DNA of 63,991 bases, the filler included, from Barthelona sp. PAP020 (lineage: Eukaryota), in NCBI GenBank assembly GCA_040182905.1. It is 5 parts of 5 records of this genome, joined end to end, with 100 filler letters (N's around TTAATTAATTAA, not from the genome) between each part and the next. Parts side by side here need not be neighbours in the genome. Positions count along the whole stretch, not along the records: positions 27,026 to 40,409 come from JARQWU010000327.1; positions 40,510 to 53,881 come from JARQWU010000328.1; 3 more parts are not named here. One strand, 5' to 3'. Position numbers and translations under genes: made by a program. A model generated the notes under the pieces. It saw only the letters and a list, made by a program, of their open reading frames with translations, did not search any database and had not been told where the DNA came from. Within the stretch, counting starts at the first letter, position 1. Each line of letters begins with the position of its first letter. Of the stretch, positions 32,101 through 42,075 are shown piece after piece.

Positions 32101-35100
32101 GAAATTTTAGTTGGGTTCTGTACATTTTATTTTTCGCAGCATATTTACTTCAAATTCCTCAATTTCACATATCAAAGATGTTGATATGCATAGTTTTTGC
32201 TTTTCTATTTACTGTGTGTGCAAATTTTTCAAATTTTGAAAGTTTTAAAAGTTTCAACTGGAAAAAATTGGTCTTTTCAATTTTAGTTTTGCCATTGTTA
32301 TCCATATCCTCATATTGCTACATATTTAAGTTTAATTTTTTTGGGAATCAGCTCTTTGTTTTGATTGGCTTTTTTGTTTGGCTAAATATATGTAATTTAT
32401 TTTTTATCTTTTACCCTCCATATAAAACCACAAGAAGAAATTCCTCTTCAATGAGTGATGCTATTTTTGTCAGCAAAATTTTGAGATTGATGTTATTTTC
32501 ATTGAATTGTCTTTTGGGTTGTTTGGATATTTTGAATCTAAGTGCTGGTACTGGTACTGTTATTGATACCACTAAAAGTTTAAATTTTGATTTGATCTTT
32601 TGTTATTTGGTCTTATCATTTGTTCAATGTTTCTCCAATACAAATCGACTAAAATTTGCACTTATATTTGAGTTACTGATATTAAAAACACAGATCGAAA
32701 ATAATACGTATTTGTTATGCATATATATGGCATTTGCTTTCATTTTATTCATTTCATTGTCATTAAAGAATGAAATCTATTCAAATATACTGTATTTTAC
32801 ATCAAAAGAAGGATTTAACCTGTTATTCTTTGTTGGTATAGCTTATGGTATCACTTCTTTGGCATTGAAACCTTATATGGAGTCTAATTTTTCTGAAGTT
32901 GCTTGTATATTCATAGCTCAAGGTATATTTGGATATTACTATTGCAATTCAGATGATTTCAATTTGTACTATAGGATTGGATTTGGTTTTGTCCTAGTTT
33001 TTACCTTTTTTTTATCAACAGAGAATTTAAACACGTTAGCATTGAGCAGTTGTTTGTTTATTTTCCAATTAGATCGAAAATTTGACTTTTCAAAAAAAGT
33101 CATTTTTGCTTTATTGACCATTCCAAATTCTTATGTTTTTAATGATTACAAAGATGTTTTATTGACATCTTTAATCACATTAATTGTTGTTGGTGTAGTT
33201 TTATTGGTGTTATTTTATGATTTAAAAACATTTAAAAAAATACGTGTTCCATTTCAAACTTTAAGTTTTCCAAAAGAATTAATTTATTTGATTGTTCTTT
33301 TATCTTATGTATATCAAAGTAGAGAATTATCATCAACTACATATTTATCTAAAAAATTGATTTATTGGGTTCATTTTATTCTATTGACTCTCATTAATGT
33401 TGATTTCATGTTTAAAATGGAAGATCAAGTAAGGGAATTCAATGAAATACACAATGAAAGTGGAAGAATTGATAAGCTTCATTTCAATACACTTCCTATG
33501 TTAATATTATTGTATTTTCAAATCAGTTCAAAATTACCAGTTTTTTTGTTTATTACCATTGTATTTGTTATGTTATATTGTTTAGAGATAGATTATTTAT
33601 TATTTGTTGATGATAAAACTCCTTTTATAGAAGGTAACGATGTAAACGATGACAATAGAAACAATTTATTGAATGATAAAGTTGATCCTGCAGCAAATGA
33701 CAATAATAATAACGAAAAACATGAAATAATGAGTAAATTTCATCAATATATGACTAAAATAATGTTTGTTGAAACAAAGAAACATCGAAATTTGTTAAGA
33801 CAAGAAACAGACGGTAAACTATTTAATTATGTGTATCTAATTGGATTGACTGTAGTTTTTATGCTATTGGTTTTGATAATAGATTTTAAAATCACTGTAG
33901 CAAATGTGGTCTTGATTGCTGCACCATATCTTTTATGTTGTGGATTATTAATAACAAAACATTCACGTTATATTACAATAATGTCATTCAATCTGTTAGC
34001 TATAATTGTTTGTATTTTTTTCACAAAGTTAACACTATATTCCAATATTTTAGTCTTTATTTGTACTACAAATATTGTAATTTTACCTGTAGTCACATAC
34101 AATAAAGTATATTTAAAAAAATCAAGAGAGATTAATGATTCAATAGTTTTGCCAACTTTATATTTATTGTTTCCATTTTTGTTTATGTGGACACTAGCTT
34201 TTGTCACTTATTTTACTGAGATTAAGTATCATTTCTCAATAATTTTGGCACTATTGTTGATTTTCCCTGCTCAAAGAATTAAACAGGTTAGTGCTTCAAG
34301 TACCTCTCAAAATAACACTCAAAATAACTCTTCTAATATTGACCAATATATTTACAAGCAATCAAGTTCTCTCTTCTTTGTTATATTATACTTGATTTCA
34401 GTAGTTGTTGTGGCAATTTCGTTGTCCATTGATAGCTTCAATTTCTATTCAGTTCAATTGTTCATATTTGTCAATTTAGTAATTTCATTGGCTCTTTCTC
34501 AGTTAATTTTCAAAAATTTCACACAAAGTCAATATATTCTCCCTATTTTGATTGTTTTAGCTTCTATTGTTGTTGTCATCAATGATTTTCAAATTCTTTT
34601 CAATTTAACTTGTTGGATTGGTTCTGCCTTTGTAGTTGTTTCTTTAGCTTTTGAAATTTATTGTTTTGTTGGCTTATATCATAATCTGAATCCTTATTTA
34701 TTGAAGCATGATGGTCAAGTGGAAGTTTTGATAAACCAATTGAATGACCATATGAACAACGATGATAATGATCGATCAAGTGCAAATAGAAATCAAATTG
34801 CTCGAGCAGTCCAAAGATTTGGAGAAAGGCCTGTGTTTAGTGAGAGGTTTCCGGATACTCAGGTTTTTGCACTTGATTACAGCCCTGATGGACGCTTTTT
34901 TGCGGTTTCGGGACGTGACAGTAAAATTCTCAGAGTCTACAACGCTGAAACACATGAAATTGTGCATGAAGGAGTGTATGTAAAGGCTATTGGTCTCAAT
35001 TTCAGTCCAGACTCCAACTTATTGGCTGTTGGTGGTTATGGTCCAGTAATTCATATCATTGAGGTTGATAATTGGAGAACAGTAAGAGTGATTAGGGGCA

Positions 35101-35717
35101 TGGCAAGAGATGTAAAAAATTCATGGTTTTCACCAGATGGCAAATTGCTTTCTTTTGGTATGGATAATGGTTACATTGCCATATACACGGTTGAAGGACA
35201 AAAGTTGCATGAATCTCGAGCTCATGAAAAATATGTTCGATCTGTACGCATCAGCCCTGACATGAAGTACTTTGCATCTGTCAGCTATGATGGATGTTCA
35301 AAGTTGTTTTCATTGAGGACCTACGAAGAGCTTCACACGTGGAGTCATGATGGAAAGCAGGTCAGATCAGGCAACTTCTCACCAGATGGTGCTTATTGGA
35401 TGACAGGTGATGATAGTGGTACAGTCAGGATTTTTGATGTTGAATCTAGAGAGTTGTTGGGAAAGTATGAGATTCATGATGGCAAGCGTATGGAATCAAT
35501 CATCTTCTCCCAAGATGGTTCATTGATCTATTCTGGTTCATATGACAAATCATTTGCTGTGATTCGAAGAGAAACAGGTCAAGTGTTGCAGAAGGTGGGT
35601 GTATCTATTGAGATTGAAGCTATGGTCCTCAACCATGATGGAACTCGTTTGTTGTGCAGTGGATGGAATAATTGGAATAATGTCCCAATCCAAGAATTCA
35701 TTGCTTCAAATCTGTAA
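29199..35717 (+). CDS. 2172-aa protein: soluble helical N-terminal half, very long multi-pass membrane region, C-terminal 7-repeat WD40 domain
   Basis: Uninterrupted ORF. Roughly 20 or more hydrophobic segments by eye between about aa 970 and 1830. C-terminal repeats of the type xxFSPDGxxxxxG..D.. Confidence 0.82.
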   Translation: METSLQLLELKIYVQRLIDSNILNEGTQLKVFFSHNPLRDAANIESLGDRSQVYIICSNNALDSFSLRKDFSLNFGSFLYCFKGSIDNSRGLIWNNVGELASRSDNIFKQSPFFYEILRLLNEMNLNYVGDSFVVKRSGNIFEFKFDFIYGGNQSNICEKTKKFLLDEIYSEVDMSLEEIIGYFFCSFDGLRNEVSTFCHLHNGNLVMIDDNFILENDRHFQNFVRFSVFFGKFDLMKRYVTFDPNSSSRWEDVMRYDESNILKFQIIRHILLDCVNEDVLLPNFVFAEKVWLLKILKRVCYEIIRLYPDDYVLKLTNLFSKFENEKKFDIWLKLFRTDQGNTLETYFKEHFHKLLKVLLEIFVRDNSSHVLNEGIKFFRNLSLNFEKNADFFEYLVEDMTEYENKRVFVQFLLNDGFSDRNNRCSSLFFFNLLYAFMPLDNTSNNTEIPFFNENFDHIIRCLENNRTVGIEENKMNTINDILSSDSYYKKFLGVEEYTLFHLFRILKNRNVSLAVKILQKLYDNNEMRYVVYSDNNELNISLRVRIVDEGHTYFFQGITMLDAYLKNKDETFFRLIVKNLIDNIVVPDEWKGHLIAKFRYHFCLNQVDDTDFVNNCAKMLFFERCRESLSDSLHIQNLLNCFAGIFNYDKFRIERNLCDGMITLLSRPTNETSNTVNFNYNMHFLKKILFERDNENGFYADQVFDWFFPLWTKTGNLEGKLNSRSWAEILYHWLFEGKLVVRKDSVIDLMSYFDEGKGKCFITDFSSADGVERVENWLLYKFIDERRFSVEFLKGILDNFLRNEITISFEDALVLAYAVETRVANEDNDNDISSHYEILFSICKVIGPVSADSTAMNRVRTNFIQTFFLGIPGDFNQTQIKCFFEVAKNHRNSNGELIFEAEQMVIYNNDYSEYSLFEKVIIDERPISAKYFCNNGFDLLTSFSNGQIPVDIVVQSDRLSGLTEDSGNFSWVLYILFFAAYLLQIPQFHISKMLICIVFAFLFTVCANFSNFESFKSFNWKKLVFSILVLPLLSISSYCYIFKFNFFGNQLFVLIGFFVWLNICNLFFIFYPPYKTTRRNSSSMSDAIFVSKILRLMLFSLNCLLGCLDILNLSAGTGTVIDTTKSLNFDLIFCYLVLSFVQCFSNTNRLKFALIFELLILKTQIENNTYLLCIYMAFAFILFISLSLKNEIYSNILYFTSKEGFNLLFFVGIAYGITSLALKPYMESNFSEVACIFIAQGIFGYYYCNSDDFNLYYRIGFGFVLVFTFFLSTENLNTLALSSCLFIFQLDRKFDFSKKVIFALLTIPNSYVFNDYKDVLLTSLITLIVVGVVLLVLFYDLKTFKKIRVPFQTLSFPKELIYLIVLLSYVYQSRELSSTTYLSKKLIYWVHFILLTLINVDFMFKMEDQVREFNEIHNESGRIDKLHFNTLPMLILLYFQISSKLPVFLFITIVFVMLYCLEIDYLLFVDDKTPFIEGNDVNDDNRNNLLNDKVDPAANDNNNNEKHEIMSKFHQYMTKIMFVETKKHRNLLRQETDGKLFNYVYLIGLTVVFMLLVLIIDFKITVANVVLIAAPYLLCCGLLITKHSRYITIMSFNLLAIIVCIFFTKLTLYSNILVFICTTNIVILPVVTYNKVYLKKSREINDSIVLPTLYLLFPFLFMWTLAFVTYFTEIKYHFSIILALLLIFPAQRIKQVSASSTSQNNTQNNSSNIDQYIYKQSSSLFFVILYLISVVVVAISLSIDSFNFYSVQLFIFVNLVISLALSQLIFKNFTQSQYILPILIVLASIVVVINDFQILFNLTCWIGSAFVVVSLAFEIYCFVGLYHNLNPYLLKHDGQVEVLINQLNDHMNNDDNDRSSANRNQIARAVQRFGERPVFSERFPDTQVFALDYSPDGRFFAVSGRDSKILRVYNAETHEIVHEGVYVKAIGLNFSPDSNLLAVGGYGPVIHIIEVDNWRTVRVIRGMARDVKNSWFSPDGKLLSFGMDNGYIAIYTVEGQKLHESRAHEKYVRSVRISPDMKYFASVSYDGCSKLFSLRTYEELHTWSHDGKQVRSGNFSPDGAYWMTGDDSGTVRIFDVESRELLGKYEIHDGKRMESIIFSQDGSLIYSGSYDKSFAVIRRETGQVLQKVGVSIEIEAMVLNHDGTRLLCSGWNNWNNVPIQEFIASNL

Positions 35718-36945
35718 AACTCCACCTTGCATTTTGCACTTATATCTCATGATTACATGTTTCACCTCGCTTCTCCGTTTCTATAACTTGTAAATTTAAA
35801 ATACATTTTCATTTCAACATTTAATTCATTTTCATGCTGTTCTTCAACCACACGAGTCACTCCACATGTAACAACAACAAAACTACCCATCAATCCAATA
35901 AAACCAAAACAAATGAACAATCAAATGATTTGAGAATTTCAAGACCTCAAACCTTTGTGCTGTTGTTTTTGCAATGTCTCATCATCATTTAGACAAACAC
36001 CTGTTTATTTGAAATAACTCAACAGGAAGCCTTTGAACTCTCAGCCATATCGTATCTTACCAAACTGATCCCAAAGAATTGACCCTTTACCATCAACGAA
36101 GTTTCTTAAAGTGTGGCTTGGTGTTTTCAATTGAACACATTTACTTGCCTCACTCGCCTGTGATTTTATACTTCAAGTTCACCTCTGAGTTGTTGTTTTC
36201 GTTCTTTCAAGAGAAGTTTGGCATTCAAAGAATTGAAGAAGTTTTGGTCAATTAAGCCTCAAAAACATTTAACCAATTGTTTGGTTGTGTTCAACACATT
36301 TAACTTTCAGAGAAAAGAAAGGAGAAATCTTATTGCTGTTATCTGGGGGAAAGTCTTGCCATGAGAAGGAAATAAGCTGTTTACATTCAATTTTGTCAGG
36401 CAAGGACAATTTGGGATAAAATTTATGCCCCATTTCCTTTCCAAGTTTGAGGGGTCTAACCTTCATTTAAGAAAAAAACATTGTTCAACATTTTAATTGG
36501 GCTTGTAAAGCTTTTAACCAAATAAACGCAATTCTTTCTTATTCACTCAACCTTAAAGTGCTTCACCGCCTGTTACTGTAGTTGTGAAACAAGTATATTG
36601 GCATTTACAGTGAAAAAAATGGTTGTTATTTATCCAATCTGTTCAATCAAGAATAACTTTGTTTGTTGTATTATGACATGGAACTCCTGCCGAAGTCAAA
36701 AATTACAAGTTAATCCACATAAAGACATATTTTTCAAAGGAAAACGCTCTCAAAATATCTTCAGTGGTGTCAATATTTACAACATCACGGTTTTTGAAAT
36801 CACACTTTTTGGAAATCAAAAATAAGATTTGTGTCAAAAGAGTTCTTTTTAGATAAATAACAAATATTGAACAGAACACCATACTACACTACTTTATTGA
36901 ATAATACAACAAATTGAATTGCAACAGAAAGCTAAAAAAAAAGTT
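34716..36945 (+). repeat. Segmental duplication, copy A (linker + WD40 coding + ~1.2 kb 3' flank)
   Basis: Collinear nucleotide similarity with 38109-40195, including long identical runs such as cttgattacagccctgatggacgcttttttgcggtt and caattttgtcaggcaaggacaa. Ends are approximate. Confidence 0.9.
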
Positions 36946-36986
36946 GGAAAGATCCTTCAACATTTCATCATAATTTTTTTTCACCC

Positions 36987-39029
36987 ATGTTCACCTTCGA
37001 AGAAAACCAAGGGTCACATGAACTAGAACAACGTGCAAAGAAACGCAAAAAAATTGTTAAAGAACCAGAAGAAGATGCCTTTGAAAAATTAGATAATTTT
37101 TTGAAATCGAATGACATCAATATACCAGGAGGGGAGTTTGAAATAGTAGAAAATAACTTCAGAATAGGTGGATTTGGGCTCTTACATCTTGCCAAAAGAC
37201 ATGGAAAGAAGGTAGTTATCAAAGTATTTGTTGATAAAGTTGAAAAAATTACCAATGCTGAACTCACCAGAGAATGCTTTCCCATGGTTTTAAATCACCC
37301 TTTTATTCGTCAGGTCTTTGGAGTTACTGAGATTGAGTATAAAAAGGCTATTGTGATGGAGTATTGTGATGCCGATCTGGAGGAAATGATATCAGAGTTG
37401 TCTTTGAAGGAAAAGTTGATTATTATGATGCAGGTTTCCACTGCGCTGGAGTTTTGTCATGGAAAAGGCGTTATGCATAGGGATTTGAAGCCGAATAATG
37501 TTTTGTTGAGACGTGGAGTAGATGGGGTTTATACACCTGCAATCGCTGATTTTGGGCTTGTTCGTGATACGAGCAGGAGCTCCGCCAATTCCATGATGGG
37601 CGCAATTAGATACGTGGCTCCTGAATTGGCTGATGAATCAGAAGTTATTAAAGCGATGCCTGCAGATGTTTGGTCATTTGGTGTAATGTTGGCTCAAGTA
37701 GTATCTGGTTTTGTTCCATTTGATGGGTTGACTGAGTTTCAAATTGCTGTTAAATTGAGTAGGGGACAACTTCCGTATAGCAAGGAATTGTTGGATACAA
37801 TACCTGGATTTGGAATCATCAAGAGGTGTTTGGCTGTTGAGGCAGATGCCAGGCCAATGTTCAGTGAGATCACCGAGTATTTGCAGATGCTGATTGAGCG
37901 TTTCGAGGGGTTGGGATTTGACGAGAAGAGGTTGGTGAAGGAGAATGCTGTGTTGAAAGAGGAAAAGAACAGTTGGCTTTTGGAAAAAACTGGGTATGAA
38001 GAGAGAGTTCAGAGTTTGACCAGGAAGGTTGATAAATTAAATGATGAAAACGGTGAGTTGAAAGAAGAAAAAAGGAACTGGATGAATAAAAGCCAAGAAT
38101 TAACAAATCAAGTCAATCATTTGACAAACCAATTAAATGATCTTATGAACAACAGTGATGGACAACAACCAGCTGAAAACAAAAAGGAAATTGTTCATGC
38201 AGTCGAAAGATTTGAAGAAAGGCCTGGGTTTAGTGAGAGGTTTCCGGATATATACGTTTATGCTCTTGATTACAGCCCTGATGGACGCTTTTTTGCGGTT
38301 GCAGGATATGATAGAAAATTAATCAGAGTCTACAACGCTGTAACACATGAAATTGTGCATGAAGGGAAGTATTTGAAGGCTCTTGGTCTCAATTTCAGTC
38401 CAGACTCCAAACTATTGGCTGTCGGTGGTGATGGTCCAGCAATTCATATCATTGAGGTTGATACTTGGAGAACAGTAAGAGTGATTAGGGGTATGACAAT
38501 GCATGTAACATGTCTGTGGTTTTCACCCGATGGCAAATTGCTTTCTTTTGGTATGCGAAATGGTTACATTGCCATATACACGATTGAAGGACAGAAGTTG
38601 CATGAATCTCGAGCTCATGAAAAATATGTTCGATCTGTACGTATCAGCCCCGATATGAAGTTCTTTGCTTCTGTCAGCCATGATGGATGTTCAAAGTTGT
38701 TTTCATTGGAGACATATGAAGTGCTTCACATGTGGAGTCATAATGGAAAGCAGGTCAACTCAGGCAACTTTTCACCTGATAGTGCTTATTGGGCGACAGG
38801 TGATGAAGATGGCACAGTCAGGATATTTGATGTTGAATCTAGAGAGTTGGTGGGAAAGTATAAGGTTCATGGTTGGTGGATATACTCAATCATCTTCTCC
38901 CAAGATGGTTCATTGATCTATTCTGGTTCTAATGACAAATCATTTGCTGTGATTCGAAGAGAAACAGGTCAAGAATATGTTGCCAGACCTGTAAAACTCC
39001 ACATTGCATTTTGCACTTACATCTCATGA
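36987..39029 (+). CDS. Protein kinase + coiled coil + WD40 repeats (last repeat deleted)
   Basis: GGFG loop, VVIK, HRDLKPNN, DFG, APE, DVWSFG, then a heptad region and 6 WD40 repeats. Confidence 0.92.
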   Translation: MFTFEENQGSHELEQRAKKRKKIVKEPEEDAFEKLDNFLKSNDINIPGGEFEIVENNFRIGGFGLLHLAKRHGKKVVIKVFVDKVEKITNAELTRECFPMVLNHPFIRQVFGVTEIEYKKAIVMEYCDADLEEMISELSLKEKLIIMMQVSTALEFCHGKGVMHRDLKPNNVLLRRGVDGVYTPAIADFGLVRDTSRSSANSMMGAIRYVAPELADESEVIKAMPADVWSFGVMLAQVVSGFVPFDGLTEFQIAVKLSRGQLPYSKELLDTIPGFGIIKRCLAVEADARPMFSEITEYLQMLIERFEGLGFDEKRLVKENAVLKEEKNSWLLEKTGYEERVQSLTRKVDKLNDENGELKEEKRNWMNKSQELTNQVNHLTNQLNDLMNNSDGQQPAENKKEIVHAVERFEERPGFSERFPDIYVYALDYSPDGRFFAVAGYDRKLIRVYNAVTHEIVHEGKYLKALGLNFSPDSKLLAVGGDGPAIHIIEVDTWRTVRVIRGMTMHVTCLWFSPDGKLLSFGMRNGYIAIYTIEGQKLHESRAHEKYVRSVRISPDMKFFASVSHDGCSKLFSLETYEVLHMWSHNGKQVNSGNFSPDSAYWATGDEDGTVRIFDVESRELVGKYKVHGWWIYSIIFSQDGSLIYSGSNDKSFAVIRRETGQEYVARPVKLHIAFCTYIS

Positions 39030-40195
39030 TTACATGTTCATCTGGCTTCTCAGGTTCTACAACTTGTAAATTTAAAATACATTTTCATTTCATAATTTAA
39101 CACATTTTCATATGGTTTTTTAACCATGCTAGTCACTCCCAACCCATATAATTACAACAAAAACCCATACACCAAAAAAACCAAAACAACTGAACAATCA
39201 AAAGATTTCAAAATTCAAGACCTCAAACCTTTATCCTCTTGTTTTTGCAATGTCTCTCATCATTTGGACAAACACCTGTTTACTTGTGCCAACTCAACAG
39301 GAAGCCCTCTTGAACTCTCAGGGAGATCGTATTTTAACGAACTAATCACAAAGAATTGACTCAACTGACCCTTTATTATCAACTTAAAGTAACTTAAAGC
39401 GTAACGTGGTATTTTCAATTGAACACAAACCTTTGTATTATCTGCCAATGACATTATTCTTTTCGTGCACAAATGAGCTGAAGTTTTAGTTTTTTCAAGA
39501 GAAGTTTTGCATTTATTCAATACATCCTTTGATCAATTAGCTCAAAAATATCAAACAATTCTTTGGTCAAGTTCAACACATTTAACTTTCAGAGAAAAGT
39601 GATAGAGAAATCTCATTATTGTTAGTCTAGCGTTGATAAGGAAATAAACTGGTTGCATTCAATTTTGTCAGGCAAGGACAAATTTGGGATAAAAATTTGC
39701 CTCCAGTTCTTTTCAGATTTTGCGGTATATAACTTTCATTTCAGAAAAATTCATTGTTCAGTGGTTAGATCGAACAAGCAAAGCTTTTAACTGAATAAAC
39801 ACAATTATTTCTTATTCACTCATGCACTCAGTGCTTCAAAGCCTGTTGCTATAGTTGTGAAACAACTATCCTAACTATATACAGTGAAAGAAATGGTTAT
39901 TATTACTCATCCAATTTATTCAATTTGGAATAACTATGCTTTTTGTATTTTGACATGGAACTCCTGCTGAATTCAGGCCTTTCAAGTTTATCCACATTAA
40001 GCCATATTTTTGAAAGGAAAAAGACCTCAAAATATCTTGAGTGGTGTTGATATTTATAAATTCTACGGTTTTTAAAATCAAAAATAAGATTTCTGTCAAA
40101 AAAGTTCTTTTAAGATAAATAACAAATATTAAATAGAACACTACTTGATTGAATAATACAAAAAATAGAATTCAAGCAGAAAGCTAAAGAAAGAT
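38109..40195 (+). repeat. Segmental duplication, copy B
   Basis: See copy A. Carries a 111-nt deletion in the WD40 3' end. Ends are approximate. Confidence 0.9.
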
Positions 40196-40409
40196 GAGGG
40201 TTGTACAAGCCTATTATTTTTGGCGAATCGAAATTTTCCAATTAATCCTTTTTCCCTCAAGGTACGGAACTTTTCCTTAACCTACCCCCAAATTTTTGAC
40301 CTGCCACGGTGAATGCATGAAATCTTGAACAATTAGGATAAATTTTTGAAAAAATCGGAGGGTTAAGTTCTTTTGAGCAATTAGTAACGCAGTATTTCAC
40401 ATCCCGTAT

Positions 40410-40509
40410 NNNNNNNNNNNNNNNNNNNNNNNNNNNNNNNNNNNNNNNNNNNNTTAATTAATTAANNNNNNNNNNNNNNNNNNNNNNNNNNNNNNNNNNN
40501 NNNNNNNNN
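40410..40509. other. Artificial contig spacer
   Basis: N-run with TTAATTAATTAA at 40454-40465. Confidence 0.97.
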
Positions 40510-40749
40510 AAGTGTATTGATGATGATTTATTCACTGTTGCTTCCCGTGCTTTGGCTAACTGTGTTCCCCAAGAAAATCTTGACTGTGGATGTGTTTATC
40601 CCAGTTTGAATAATATTCGTGAAGTTTCTGCTGTTGTTGCACGTGATGTTATGGAATATTTGTATGAAAAGGATCTTGCCTTAGCTCCAAAACCCGAAGG
40701 TGATCTTCTTGAATATGTTCAAAAGATGCAATGGAAAGCTGAATATTAA
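40510..40749 (+). CDS. Malic enzyme, 3' fragment
   Basis: IDDDLFTVASRALANCV..ENLDCGCVYPSLNNIREVSAVVA..QKMQWKAEY* matches the malic enzyme C-terminus. Confidence 0.88.
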   Translation, partial: KCIDDDLFTVASRALANCVPQENLDCGCVYPSLNNIREVSAVVARDVMEYLYEKDLALAPKPEGDLLEYVQKMQWKAEY

Positions 40750-41178
40750 TTTTATATGATGTGAGTAGAATATATTGTTTTAAATTTTTGAATGCGAAAG
40801 TTTTTTGTATTTTCTTTTTTGTTTCAAAACAGACGAATAAATGTTATAAATGTTTTTTTTTTGTTTTCATTTTGGAACCACAATCAAGCTGCAAAGATTC
40901 ACTCACCCTTTTGATGGTACTCTCATCCACCAATATTTTGGATAATAAAATTGAAGTTAGAGCATCAGTACACATCATTTACGAAAGTTCCAACTTTAAA
41001 TTTACTAATATTTCTTTACTTCCAAACAATTTTTTGTTGAGTCAGCAACTGAACATGGATAGAACAACAATAATTGTACACATAAAGGAATAAACAGAAA
41101 GTTTTCCAAAGAAAGTTATTCATCTATCTCAATTCAGCAAATTTAAAAAAAAATCTCATAATAATATCAGTAATAATT

Positions 41179-42075
41179 TTATTCAGTTTCAAATTCCAAT
41201 TCATTTTCAATGGCATCACTCAATTTTAAACGTTTATTGATTGTGACCAAAACACTTATTGCATAAGAAAGAGAAAAAAATATCATTGGGATTGTCATTT
41301 GCCCCAATTGTCCAGAACCATCTTTTAACCATGCTGAATATACACCAAACAACAATAATATACATACAAATTGCAAAATTTGAATTAGAGGATGATTTCT
41401 ACTCTTTGATTTAATTAATAAAACAACAATCATATCAGGAGATGGATGCAAAACGAAAGGTAGAGTGCTCAAAATAGCAATGTCAAAAGAGTGATATTCC
41501 AAAACAATTGAAAGAATTAATAGAGGTATTACAGAAAGGGTTAATTCAAAAAGACTAAAATATTTGGGATGTACACCCAAAGTTGCCAAAGATATTGGTG
41601 TCATTGATGGATAAAATTGGGTACATGATTTGCTAATTTTGAAATTATAAAAACCGATTATCAAAGTTAAAAATATGTTTTTATAAAGTTTTTGAGGTTC
41701 AAATAATTGTAAATAATTGTTATTGGAAAGATATAATAAAACATTCAAGAAATATATGTCAAAAATATTAATTAATAATACAATAATAATACATATTCTC
41801 GACTCAACATTACTTATTCCATATATTAGAATAATTAACATCTTATAATCATTATTATGCATTTTTAATTTTTTTATTAAAAATAAACTCATAATATCCA
41901 TTAAACACTTAATTACTAACATGTAGGAGGCATTTAGACTCAAAAAAGTAATATTTAAAGATGATTTGTAGAAGCTGAGTAATTGAAAAGATTTAATAAT
42001 TAAATTATATTCAACTGGAAAACTATACTCTAACAATCGTAATGTTATTAAAATGAAACTGATAAAAACATACAT
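41179..42075 (-). CDS. Polytopic membrane protein, possibly GPI transamidase subunit PIG-U-like
   Basis: Very hydrophobic 298-aa ORF. C-terminal YSAWLKDGSG resembles the PIG-U WxxxGSxN motif. Weak. Confidence 0.4.
   Translation of the reverse strand: MYVFISFILITLRLLEYSFPVEYNLIIKSFQLLSFYKSSLNITFLSLNASYMLVIKCLMDIMSLFLIKKLKMHNNDYKMLIILIYGISNVESRICIIIVLLINIFDIYFLNVLLYLSNNNYLQLFEPQKLYKNIFLTLIIGFYNFKISKSCTQFYPSMTPISLATLGVHPKYFSLFELTLSVIPLLILSIVLEYHSFDIAILSTLPFVLHPSPDMIVVLLIKSKSRNHPLIQILQFVCILLLFGVYSAWLKDGSGQLGQMTIPMIFFSLSYAISVLVTINKRLKLSDAIENELEFETE

Noticed and set aside
35760..36945. Small ORFs in the duplicated 3' flank (e.g. 36269-36466, 36598-36825; 39126-39520 in copy B)
   Set aside because: Frames are not preserved between the two copies (indels and stops), so they are not called as genes; at most decayed remnants.
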